A program made the translations under genes and the position numbers. A stretch of 64,000 nucleotides of DNA from Escherichia phage HMD-P3, in sequence record PQ462667.1; one strand, given 5' to 3'. The notes under the pieces are model-generated. The model was not told the origin of the DNA. It was given only the letters and a program-made list of their open reading frames with translations, and made no database searches. Numbering within the stretch: position 1 is the stretch's first letter; each line of letters starts with the position of its first letter. This document shows, piece after piece, positions 1 through 8,907 of the stretch.

Positions 1-1
1 C

Positions 2-223
2 GTCGTTTTTGATAGCTTTTACAGCTTTCGCCGCTTTTGGTTTTGCTGGTTTATTTGCTTCTAACCAATCACAAATCGCGGTCGAGTGTTTCGTTGTATC
101 GTAGACCGCTTTTGATATATCGTCGCAGACTTCCAGCTTAGTAGCGCGCAGACGTTTACCGTAGAAATTAAAATCAGCGGCCAGCTTCAGGATAACGGTT
201 TGTTTTTCTGCGGAAAAAATCAT
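2..223 (-). CDS. hypothetical protein, partial (ORF runs off the window start)
   Basis: Minus-strand ORF with ATG at 221-223 and no stop down to position 2; upstream GGAG-type leader (ccctttaatggagtttta) shared with the next three genes. Confidence 0.4.
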   Translation of the reverse strand, partial: MIFSAEKQTVILKLAADFNFYGKRLRATKLEVCDDISKAVYDTTKHSTAICDWLEANKPAKPKAAKAVKAIKND

Positions 224-319
224 GATAATAAAACTCCATTAAAGGGATTAAAAAACGTTTGTTATTGGCAATATTGCCAAATATAACGCCTCGAATAATA
301 GGCGTTATAATTTGCAACA

Positions 320-532
320 TTAATTTAAAGGCATCAGGCTAGAACTAACACCACAAACAACGGCGGCAATAAAACAAATCAGACCTAAACGCTTTGCCAG
401 CCTAGATTTACGTTTAAAATAATACGAATCTAAATCATTTTGAAAATATGCGAACAATAGCGAGGCCGCCATAATAAATAAGCCTAGAATCAATGATTCA
501 GTAGGATAAAAGATCATTTTTAAAAACTCCAA
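320..532 (-). CDS. small membrane protein (two hydrophobic segments)
   Basis: 70-aa ORF with hydrophobic stretches; same conserved GGAG leader upstream. Confidence 0.5.
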   Translation of the reverse strand: MEFLKMIFYPTESLILGLFIMAASLLFAYFQNDLDSYYFKRKSRLAKRLGLICFIAAVVCGVSSSLMPLN

Positions 533-575
533 TTAAAGGGAAATTATAGTGGGGAATAATCCCCACTAGTTAAAT

Positions 576-983
576 TTATTCACCTGCGGCCTGTTTTACC
601 TCATCGGCAACGCCTAACAACTGCGCCACGGCGTCCAGCGTTTCCAGCTTCGCGCTTTCAAGGCTTGCCAGATCATCGGCGTCCTTGATAATGCCGGAAT
701 CGATAGCGTGCTTTGCAATTACTCGTACATAGTGAGCTTTACGGATTGAGCTGCCGCCGCCTACTTTGCGTGGCTTGTCGCTTTTTTGATATGCTTTCGC
801 GCTGGTCAATTTCGAACGAACTGACACGGGAGAAGTCGCGCCAACTGCTTTCGCGATCTCTTTCAGGCCGTCGCTATTTGCGAATTCTAAACCGTTTTCG
901 TTGATTAACTGCTGATACATGGTAACAGCCTGCTGAGTGTTTTCTTCGTTCCAGGAAAATTTTGCGGTTTTTGCGTTGGTCAT
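576..983 (-). CDS. hypothetical protein
   Basis: 135-aa ORF; conserved leader ttaattggagtttatacc directly upstream of the ATG. Confidence 0.55.
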   Translation of the reverse strand: MTNAKTAKFSWNEENTQQAVTMYQQLINENGLEFANSDGLKEIAKAVGATSPVSVRSKLTSAKAYQKSDKPRKVGGGSSIRKAHYVRVIAKHAIDSGIIKDADDLASLESAKLETLDAVAQLLGVADEVKQAAGE

Positions 984-1084
984 GGTATAAACTCCAATTA
1001 ATTTAATTTAAGGGATTAAATGATTAACATAATGTTAATCGTTATATGCCCCGAACTACTGGGGCATATAAAGTTAACACTAAT

Positions 1085-1336
1085 TTATAATACAGCTTCC
1101 CATTTTTCGTTGCGTTGAACAACCTTTACAACGTCGCCAGACTTTACGCGAACGTTATAAATCGGCTTGCCGTTGTTACTGCGCTCATTTTCAGCGTATA
1201 CCGCGTCAATTGTATCGAACGGCATGAGCGCCGCGCCTTTAATACGTTCGGCTTTTCCGGTTAATTCGTCCGTTTTAGTAACGAAAGGAATAAAAACGGA
1301 TTGACCAATTTTAGGCGCGGTAATAACGTTTTTCAT
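1085..1336 (-). CDS. hypothetical protein
   Basis: 83-aa ORF; same leader motif upstream. Confidence 0.5.
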   Translation of the reverse strand: MKNVITAPKIGQSVFIPFVTKTDELTGKAERIKGAALMPFDTIDAVYAENERSNNGKPIYNVRVKSGDVVKVVQRNEKWEAVL

Positions 1337-1370
1337 GGTATAAACTCCAAGTTATTTGTGGATTGTTCCG

Positions 1371-1400
1371 CATTATCTGCTAGAAAATACTAGCAGATAA
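1371..1400. promoter_or_regulatory. perfect 12-bp inverted repeat with 6-nt spacer (operator-like palindrome)
   Basis: attatctgctag-aaaata-ctagcagataat, about 35 nt upstream of the 1085..1336 start; no T-run, so not a typical terminator. Confidence 0.4.
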
Positions 1401-2159
1401 TAAGAAAAAATCCGCTCGCCATTATAAAATCAATTTAAGGAACTCCACGCGGGCCGCTATATCCCAGTTAGGGGGCGGGGCACATTATGGTAAGTACCGA
1501 CCGTCAAATTGTATCAAGTTATCGCTCTTATCGAACTGGGCACATCTTAAAGCCTATCGGCTAGATTGTCAAATAGTTTTTTCGTTTTCTTTTAAGTTAG
1601 GATTTTCCCAACTGAATAACATTTCGCAAAATATTTTCCCATCTTTATGATGGTACGCTATTTCGCTTCCGTGGTTCGCGCAAAAACTGATCACCGCTTC
1701 AGCTTGTTCTACCGTGATATTGTTAGCCGTTTCTTTGATTTTCATATCGTCGATTCCTTATAATGAATAAGTTTACCGCCGATAGGCTTTAAGATATACC
1801 CAATTTTTTTAAAGAGCGCAGCGGTAAACTTCCCGCCGTGTAGTTCGTCATTGCCGCCCTACGAGATAAATAATAACAAACAACGAAAAAGGCGCAACCT
1901 TATATTTGTAAAGAAATGTAAAGACAAACACCACCGGACACCGTGCGGCGACCTGGGCGCGGCGCGTTAAAATTAAAAGAAACGGGCGCGCGAATACCAC
2001 AAAATAGGGCAGATAAGCAAGTAATTTTTTCATTTATATTTGCTTTGCCCTACTTGACAAAATCTAAAAAGCTCGTGGCAGCGATAAACGGCCTATCCCT
2101 TTATGATTGGATGGCCAAAAACTTTATTGCGTTCTAGGGCGTTTTAGGCGCATTCTAGC

Positions 2160-2640
2160 CTTGTTGATAACTTATCCCCAAAAGCAAAAATGAAATTTTC
2201 CTATTTATCCACTTGACTTTTATTTTCCAGTGGATAACTACTTATTTTATAAAATTAATTAATTGACTTTTATTTGTTAGTATGCATCGGAAAGATAGCA
2301 GACTAATAATTGCTGGGATGATAATCATGCTGGTGGATTGTAACGGCTTAAACTATTAGCAGACTATTAATCACGGAAAATCTCATTAGCCAACTAACTA
2401 TTTCATGATATATAATATACTTATAAATTAATGAGAAATAATAACTATAAGAAATCATCACCAATATAATAACTATAAGAAATCATCACCATTATAATAA
2501 TAACGATAAGAAACTATCGGCCTAAGTGAGAACCACTATCATTTAAGTTATCCACAACGTTATCCACAGCACAAAATAATTTGACACGATAGGCGGCGAT
2601 ATGAGGGCTTTTACACAGACTTATCCACAGGTTATCCTAC
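2160..2640. promoter_or_regulatory. cluster of DnaA-box-like 9-mers
   Basis: Three perfect TTATCCACA at about 2548, 2560 and 2621 plus 1-mismatch variants near 2163, 2173, 2205 and 2231; region is ORF-free. Confidence 0.55.
2438..2517. repeat. iteron-like tandem direct repeat (28-bp period, about 2.8 copies)
   Basis: ataataactataagaaatcatcacca at about 2438 and 2466, degenerate third copy about 2494-2517. Confidence 0.6.
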
Positions 2641-2922
2641 TGTATAAATATACAGGGTAAAAAGGCAGTGTTAACGACTGCAATCAATTTTAAGCGGCCT
2701 AAAACGCTTTCTAACGAGCTAAACGATGCGGGGTAATATTAAAGTAAAGCCGCGACACGGCGCCCTGGTGGCTTCGCCGTGTTTTGCTCGTTATTACACC
2801 GCTGCGCGGTTATCATAAAATTAGGCGTTAGGCAAGGAAAATAAAAAGGTAAATTAATCTTTGCCTATGCTAGAAAATTACCGTTATCATTCACTCACCA
2901 ATTAACGAGGGAGGCCGAACAA

Positions 2923-3900
2923 ATGAGGCTTTATAAACCTGATAATGCCACCGTTTTAAAAGGTGCGCTGCGTAACCTGCTGGATGGTAGCAGAACAACC
3001 AGCATTAAGCACTTTGTTAACAAGGCCGAAGATATTCACCAAAATTTTTTTGATGATTTCGACGCCTATGATATGAGTAGTTTTTTGCAACTATATAAGC
3101 AAGGGGCAACGCTTGTTTTATATAATCGGGATAATCACCTGCTCACTAGTCGGGGGCCGGATACTGATTTCATAATCGTAAAAGGCAACACAGTAAAAGC
3201 CTATGATACTGGGGCGGGCTTAGAAGTTTTCACAATAGTAAACTATGAGGCTAATGATAATGATCTTTATGACGTAGAAAATTTTCTTGATTCATTTTGG
3301 CGTTATTTATCAGTTGGCTGGAATCGGTCAATTGGTGACGGGTATCGTCTGGCGGCTGTAATGGCCTTTGATGATGATGGCAATTTTTTGCTACCGTCGG
3401 AAATATACCCCTACATATATGATGGAGATATAGAAAGCGCGGGCTTTTCTTTCTGGAAGGAGAAAGATCAGCCCATTGACAACACGGAAAAACATGCTGT
3501 AAATTCTAGCACTCAAACTACTGAAAACAAAGGAAAAAATGCCATGACCAAGATCTCTAATATCGTTGCCGCCAATAAGTCTGCCGTTGTAAACGCTGCA
3601 AAACTGGAAGCGGGTAAAATTGCACTAACTCAAATCACGAAAGTAGCGGCTAAAAAAGCACCGTTCATGATCAAAGGTTATATCGATACGCCGATTGGTC
3701 GTGTAGTGATCGCTAACCTGCTGAGTGTAGCGGTTGACCAGTACGCCCCGAGTAACCAGAAAGCGAAAGCGGTAGCGGGGGCGGCTATGGAAGCGGCAAT
3801 GTTAGAAATGGTGCAAAGTTTTAACATCGCTGAGATGATCGATGAAATGGTAAAAGGTATCGATATTTCTACTTTTACCGTTAACACCGAAAACGAGTAA
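2923..3900 (+). CDS. hypothetical protein (325 aa)
   Basis: Long ORF with strong SD (gagggagg) 7 nt upstream; followed by a hairpin and T-run. Confidence 0.7.
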   Translation: MRLYKPDNATVLKGALRNLLDGSRTTSIKHFVNKAEDIHQNFFDDFDAYDMSSFLQLYKQGATLVLYNRDNHLLTSRGPDTDFIIVKGNTVKAYDTGAGLEVFTIVNYEANDNDLYDVENFLDSFWRYLSVGWNRSIGDGYRLAAVMAFDDDGNFLLPSEIYPYIYDGDIESAGFSFWKEKDQPIDNTEKHAVNSSTQTTENKGKNAMTKISNIVAANKSAVVNAAKLEAGKIALTQITKVAAKKAPFMIKGYIDTPIGRVVIANLLSVAVDQYAPSNQKAKAVAGAAMEAAMLEMVQSFNIAEMIDEMVKGIDISTFTVNTENE

Positions 3901-3928
3901 TAACTAGCCTATTGTAAAGTTTTGTAAA

Positions 3929-3954
3929 GGTCGCCTTTTATGGTGGCCTTTTTT
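3929..3954 (+). terminator. rho-independent terminator candidate
   Basis: ggtcgcc-ttttat-ggtggcc stem (with G-U pairs) followed by tttttt; a TATAAT hexamer follows at about 3957. Confidence 0.5.
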
Positions 3955-4018
3955 GCTATAATGCCTTTACACCGTTTGAGGACGGTTGAAAATTTTCCCA
4001 AAAATTTGGAGGCTTAAA

Positions 4019-4249
4019 ATGGTTGCTTTTTCTTCTTCTGACGCTCTTTTCACTGGTAAAGGCTGGGTATCAAATCGCTGGATTATTCAAGAAATGGTGC
4101 AAGAATACGGCATCGCTAAAACTTATAATACCATTCAGGCGCTTTATGATAATGATCAAATCGATCAGCAAACGGCGGGCTTTTTACTGGATACCCTGAA
4201 GGCGGAACACTGTACCAAAAAACAAGCCGCTAAAATTGTTTTAATGTAA
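4019..4249 (+). CDS. hypothetical protein (start moved to the ATG behind GGAGG)
   Basis: In-frame ATG at 4019 preceded by ggaggcttaaa; the track start at 3986 is a TTG without an RBS. Confidence 0.55.
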   Translation: MVAFSSSDALFTGKGWVSNRWIIQEMVQEYGIAKTYNTIQALYDNDQIDQQTAGFLLDTLKAEHCTKKQAAKIVLM

Positions 4250-4297
4250 TTAATAACGGGGCGTTACTTTCGCCCCACTAACTAGGGAGTATTACAA

Positions 4298-4480
4298 ATG
4301 ATTATTTTTCGGGCTATTCTGGCGGGTATCTTGGGCGCTATTTTGACCCTTTTCGCCACCGCTTATGGTATTCAAGATTCTTATTGTGGTTTGGTAAACA
4401 CAAAACCTATGGTTATTATTGGCGCGGGCGTCGCTGTATTTTCTTATCTGCTGGGCTGCATGACTAGTAAAGGAGAATAA
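4298..4480 (+). CDS. small membrane protein
   Basis: 60 aa, two hydrophobic segments; RBS ctagggag. Confidence 0.55.
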   Translation: MIIFRAILAGILGAILTLFATAYGIQDSYCGLVNTKPMVIIGAGVAVFSYLLGCMTSKGE

Positions 4481-4482
4481 AA

Positions 4483-4695
4483 ATGATCCGCAACGTTTCT
4501 CTTGCACGTTCGAAAGGCTTTAAGCTGGTGGACGCTAACACGTTCGAGCGTCCAGATTGTAAAATCGAATATGTAGCACGTAATAAAAATGCCTTTCGTG
4601 TTACCGAGAAAAAATTTGATAAGCGCGGCAACGTGATCATTGAAACGGTTAGGCACTTTGCCACCTTTTACGCTGCGTTTCGTGGGGTACTATGA
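4483..4695 (+). CDS. hypothetical protein
   Basis: RBS aaaggagaa; tightly packed with neighbours. Confidence 0.55.
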   Translation: MIRNVSLARSKGFKLVDANTFERPDCKIEYVARNKNAFRVTEKKFDKRGNVIIETVRHFATFYAAFRGVL

Positions 4696-4823
4696 AAAGC
4701 GTTATTGTTGTTCTCCTTGCAATGGCTGGCGGTTTTATCGCCACCTTATTTAAGAATGATCCCATTTCGTTGGGTATCTTTATGCTTTTATCTGGATACC
4801 TGATCGGGAGGATATGCAAATGA
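4692..4823 (+). CDS. small membrane protein (43 aa, below the ORF-track cutoff)
   Basis: ATGA overlap with the upstream stop; hydrophobic product MKSVIVVLLAMAGGFIATLF; hand translation. Confidence 0.4.
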   Translation: MKSVIVVLLAMAGGFIATLFKNDPISLGIFMLLSGYLIGRICK

Positions 4824-5164
4824 TCATTTACGAGGGCAATCGTTTTGTTGCTAATTGCCGCCCGGCATTGTTAGCAAACTATTTGAACCAGCTTTCGCCA
4901 GCTTATAAGGGCGTTATTAATATTTACGAGGGAAAGGCGCATTATAAAATCAATGCGGTCGTTGCCCGTGAACTAGCGTTTCAATTTTTAACCTTTGCAT
5001 CTTGCGACGTTCAGGTTATGGGTGAGGCATTAATTGCAGAAAATGAGGATGATTTTATTAATATTTTTCGCAAGGTATGCACCGAGCGCCTGATAATGAA
5101 AGGCGCATATATTCAATCCACGGCTGATAGTATTGAAACAGCGTTTCGAAAGGTGGCGCAATGA
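4814..5164 (+). CDS. hypothetical protein
   Basis: 116-aa ORF; gggagg RBS. Confidence 0.55.
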   Translation: MQMIIYEGNRFVANCRPALLANYLNQLSPAYKGVINIYEGKAHYKINAVVARELAFQFLTFASCDVQVMGEALIAENEDDFINIFRKVCTERLIMKGAYIQSTADSIETAFRKVAQ

Positions 5165-5376
5165 ATGAAATTACTTGGAATATGTTGCTGAAGGTTAAAC
5201 GGGTAAAATTAACACAGGATTTATGGGGAGTAGGTAAAACAGGGGATGTATTCACTGTGTTTAAAGACGCTCATCATAGGTTTATAAGAAGGAATAACAA
5301 TACCGGTACAGCGTTTTATTTAATTGATTTAATCAAATTACACGGTGAGGATATTTTCAAACTAGAATATGAGTAA
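5161..5376 (+). CDS. hypothetical protein
   Basis: ATGA start/stop overlap with the upstream gene. Confidence 0.5.
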   Translation: MNEITWNMLLKVKRVKLTQDLWGVGKTGDVFTVFKDAHHRFIRRNNNTGTAFYLIDLIKLHGEDIFKLEYE

Positions 5377-5431
5377 CTATATAATTTTGGCGTATTGCAA
5401 TGAGATAGCCAACTAATAACGGGGCGTTATT

Positions 5432-5626
5432 ATGAGCAATAAAATTATTGTAACCAAAACCAGTACAATGGTTGATATTTTTTACGTGCCCGATACGCCG
5501 GAAAACCGACAAGCGGTTGAGCGTGGGGAATATGATAAAGTGATTTATGATCACGATGGTTATTATCAGTATTTAGTGGATTCCTACGGGGAGGAGGAAA
5601 AAATCACGCATCGACTACCAGACTAA
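5432..5626 (+). CDS. hypothetical protein
   Basis: 64-aa ORF preceded by the taataacggggcg element also seen at about 4250. Confidence 0.5.
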   Translation: MSNKIIVTKTSTMVDIFYVPDTPENRQAVERGEYDKVIYDHDGYYQYLVDSYGEEEKITHRLPD

Positions 5627-5665
5627 TAATCATGGGGCGCAACTATCTGGGAGTGCCCCCAATTT

Positions 5666-5690
5666 TCAAATGAGAATGATTCTCATTTGA
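5666..5690. repeat. perfect 25-bp palindrome tcaaatgagaatgattctcatttga
   Basis: Read directly; founding copy of the AAATGAGAAT repeat family. Confidence 0.8.
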
Positions 5691-5889
5691 CCGCGCCCGC
5701 TATGGTTAGCCTGCTAATGGTTAGGGTGTTACGTGTCGCCTTGTGTGATCGTTAGCGTGCTAACTAATTTTCAAGCCTCCTCCAATTTTGCCCTTGTTTT
5801 AGTATCCCCACCAAAATTAAACGCGTTAGAATGCGATCTAGGACGTTTTAGCGGTATATTAGAACTATTCACTGCGTAGGAATACTGTA

Positions 5890-5995
5890 TATTTATCCAG
5901 TAGGATAAGCTGTGGATAAGTCTGTTGATAACGCTTCAAAATGGCTAGAATTTTGTCAAGTCAAATCGTGCTGTTGATAAGTCTGGGGATAACTT
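5890..5995. promoter_or_regulatory. second DnaA-box cluster
   Basis: tgtggataa (perfect, reverse orientation) at about 5921, plus ttatccag, tgttgataa (twice) and ggggataac. Confidence 0.5.
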
Positions 5996-6017
5996 AAATA
6001 ACAGTGTTTCTCACTTC

Positions 6018-6180
6018 CGTTCTTAAATGCGAATCATTATCATTCGCATTCCACTTTTTAAATGAGAATCATTCCACTTTCTAAATGAGATTGATTCTCG
6101 TTTCACTTTCTAAATGCGAATTATTATCATTCTCATTCCGCTTTTTAAATGAGAATGATTCTTATTATCATTCGTATTTA
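6018..6180. repeat. about 6 direct or partly palindromic copies of the ctttttaaatgagaatcatt family
   Basis: Copies at about 6023, 6051, 6073, 6098, 6125 and 6143; ORF-free. Confidence 0.7.
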
Positions 6181-6206
6181 GCGCAGGGCAATTGCCCTGC
6201 GCTTTT
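6181..6206. terminator. GC-rich perfect hairpin (gcgcagggc-aatt-gccctgcgc) followed by TTTT
   Basis: 22-bp palindrome then a T-run; could terminate transcripts from either direction. Confidence 0.55.
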
Positions 6207-6943
6207 GTGCAAATCCGACATTGCTCCACGGGTGTTACGTGCGGGCATGTATGTGCAAATCCGACAATTTTTGGCAGTGTGCAAATCTGACCCGAAAAAT
6301 TTTTATAGTGTGCAAATCCGACAATGAATTTTCCTAAAAACTCCAGCAATCCGATGCTGCGCATCAATCCTGTGGAATTAACTAGAATATGTGCAAATCC
6401 GACATGGGTTTATTTGTGCGAATCCGACAAGATTTTTATGACTTCGATGAGAGGGTGTGTGATTGTGTGAGTTTAGGGAGAAGATGAGAGAGTGAGAGAA
6501 AATTAGGGGAACTACGGAAGGGGCGCATGTTTGGTGCAGGGCACCAGATTTGCGGGGATTTTGGGGAAGAGTTGAGAAGATTTGAGTTAATTTGAGATTA
6601 GTGGAGATAAAGTAAAATTTTATTAGCAAAATGGGGCAAAATAACTTGACAAGTGAAAATTTCTGTGGCTCTAAAAACTCAGGCAATCATGGGCCTTCGG
6701 CCCGAAATAATGCTGCTATTTTCAGGAGATTATGTGTTCCTAAAAACTTAGGTAATTGTGCAAATCCGACCATAAATTTCTAGAAACACAATGTGCAAAT
6801 CCGACAGTAATTTCTGGAAATGTGTTTTCAAAAAATGTCTCCTAGAAATAACCGCCCTCCCCATAACCGCCCTGTATAGGAAAACCGGCCTAGGATATTT
6901 ATAGTAGATGAAAAACTGCCCTAGAACATGTGCAAATCCGATT
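6206..6943 (+). repeat. nine same-orientation copies of the 15-mer TGTGCAAATCCGACA
   Basis: Copies at about 6206, 6252, 6278, 6309, 6390, 6415, 6757, 6792 and 6929 (four with one or two substitutions); irregular spacing. Confidence 0.8.
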
Positions 6944-7351
6944 TAAAGTTCAGTGTAAACCCTAGAGTTAGTGTTCAACTATTCCTAGAAACTTAGGAGT
7001 CTAGAAGAAAGTGTTGTGCCATCCTAGCAGATGAGCGGCAACAGGTGTATCATCTTAAACACAGATATTGCCTTTAAATATTTTTTAGTTATTTAAAAGT
7101 AAATATACCCCCATTTCATGAGAGTTAGCCCCTCTAGGCGCGTGCGATTTGATACATCCTCCTAAGTCTCGGTGTGGAAGAACAATTGACGAGAACCTGC
7201 GAGCAGAACCGTCATCAAGTGTTTTCCTACGAGGAATGATGTAAATCTACGGCCTAGAGGTAAAAACAAGTTGATGTTTTTAATCTATGAGATTATTATA
7301 ACACATTATTCTCACGAATGTCAAGCAGATTTCGTTATTTTTAAATTTTCG

Positions 7352-8189
7352 TCATGAGTTTGGAGTTGGGTAAACTTTTATACAACCTTGACTTAATAGA
7401 TACTCTTCTGCCTCTACAGCTTTAATGTTGAATATCTCTTTTGCTCCATCGAATTTATAATGGTTAGCAAATTTATTTTCGAAAAATTTATGTGCTTGAT
7501 GTTCTATTCTGTAAGCGAGTTCTTTCGATCCTTTTAATGATACGGCGACCACCGAGATCTACACCTGAGGAAACACTCTTTCCCTACACGACGCTCTTCC
7601 GATCTTGATGTTCTATTCTGTAAGCGAGTTCTTTCGATCCTTTCTTATATTGGTAGATACCAAATACTTCCATATCTTCGAAACCCGGCACACGCAATTT
7701 ATCATACTCTAGATTCTTAAACCTTTGATGTGGCTCTCTAGAGACTCCAATCTTTGTCTTTAATTTTTTCCTAGACTGATCTTTATTAGAGAAGATATAG
7801 AGATATGTGGGAAATTGAACATCTTCATCTACTTCTGGCTTCTCGACAGGTGTATTAAGGTTGCTTTCTCTAGCACACTGTAAACAGCCGTGCCCATCTA
7901 GGTGGGATCTAGCAGTTTGCATAAAGTATCCTTTATGCTTATAGCACCATATCTCTACTAACTGATTGGCTGTCTTATAATTAACTTTTTCATACCCATA
8001 TTCTTCTTTCTGGACTTTTAAAGCTTTCCTAATAAAGATAAGGTTTAAGGCCTCTTGTTGGAAGTCAGGGTGAAGTTGCCTAATCTTCGTTATATTAGTA
8101 GAGCCATTTGACTTCAAAAAGTTTTTAAGAGGAAACCTCCGGGCTTCCTCTCGTAGCTTTTTATTAATTTCAGTACGTAAATCATCCAT
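7352..8189 (-). CDS. HNH-like (Cys/His-rich) homing-endonuclease-family protein, reading frame broken by the adapter artefact
   Basis: Track ORFs 7352..7552 and 7584..8189 share the duplicated peptide KGSKELAYRIEHQ; paralog of 10216..10659; motif CYKHKGYF...TARSHLDGHGCLQC. Confidence 0.6.
7536..7605 (+). other. Illumina P5/TruSeq adapter with 8-nt index CTGAGGAA (sequencing artefact)
   Basis: Exact AATGATACGGCGACCACCGAGATCTACAC-CTGAGGAA-ACACTCTTTCCCTACACGACGCTCTTCCGATCT; flanked by a direct duplication of about 40 bp (7494-7535 and 7606-7645). Confidence 0.95.
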
Positions 8190-8907
8190 CTTTATTAACC
8201 TTCAGAATAACCCCTTTTGACGCCATGAAAAGGAATGTTGCTAGGTAAGATGACTCGGAATTTAGCGCAGAATAATCTACACTTCCCCTAGGTCTAGTTT
8301 CTTGTTTAGTGTCAAGAATTGTTGATATATCAAACTTAACAGACTTAGCAACTTTTCTAGCTTGTTCAGGATCACGTAAAACTTCAAAGTGAGCAGCATC
8401 TAGAATAGGGTTAGATGTTGTTGAGTCATCAACTATACTTAGATGAACCTGCGCAAGTGTAGATACGATTCCTAGCTTTAATTCAGATAGAGAAGAATAA
8501 GGTGGTTCTACTTTCTTTGTAAGCCTAGGGAGATGATCGTATTTACATTGCTTTTGAGGAATCATCAAAATGTTAGGATAACATTCTAGACATGACTTTG
8601 CATTTCCTTCTTTAAAATACGGTAGTTCTTTATCTGCAAAGACGTGGAATGAGTCTGCTGAAAATCCTTTAATAGTAGGATCAACAGTTTGAATCAGACG
8701 ACGTAAACTAATATAAGAAGGTGCTAGAGTAACTTCTCCTGCATCTTTATTATATTTAGGTTGTCCACTAGCATTAATATATGCAGGATAAAACTCTGCA
8801 CAAAATGCTACTGCATGTGCCTCTAACTCATTAAGCTGAGAAACACATTTCCCATTACAAGCTCTAGCTAACTTAATAATCTCTGCTAAATTCTTTTTAA
8901 TACTCAT
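8182..8907 (-). CDS. hypothetical protein (241 aa)
   Basis: Long AT-rich ORF, start/stop overlap with neighbours. Confidence 0.6.
   Translation of the reverse strand: MSIKKNLAEIIKLARACNGKCVSQLNELEAHAVAFCAEFYPAYINASGQPKYNKDAGEVTLAPSYISLRRLIQTVDPTIKGFSADSFHVFADKELPYFKEGNAKSCLECYPNILMIPQKQCKYDHLPRLTKKVEPPYSSLSELKLGIVSTLAQVHLSIVDDSTTSNPILDAAHFEVLRDPEQARKVAKSVKFDISTILDTKQETRPRGSVDYSALNSESSYLATFLFMASKGVILKVNKDG

Noticed and set aside
1848-2137. Track ORFs 1848..2033 (-) and 1943..2137 (+) in the DnaA-box region
   Set aside because: Overlapping antisense pair with no RBS or promoter context and implausible composition; the region is better explained as regulatory DNA.
6085-6686. Track ORFs 6085..6327 (+), 6110..6367 (-) and 6378..6686 (-) inside the repeat locus
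   Set aside because: They are translations of palindromic or purine-rich repeats (low-complexity products, no RBS, mutually overlapping); treated as noncoding.
6206-6943. Possible CRISPR array (repeated 15-mer)
   Set aside because: The repeat is only 15 bp, spacing is irregular (about 25 to 340 bp), several copies are degenerate, and there is no leader or cas gene; it reads as a binding-site array.
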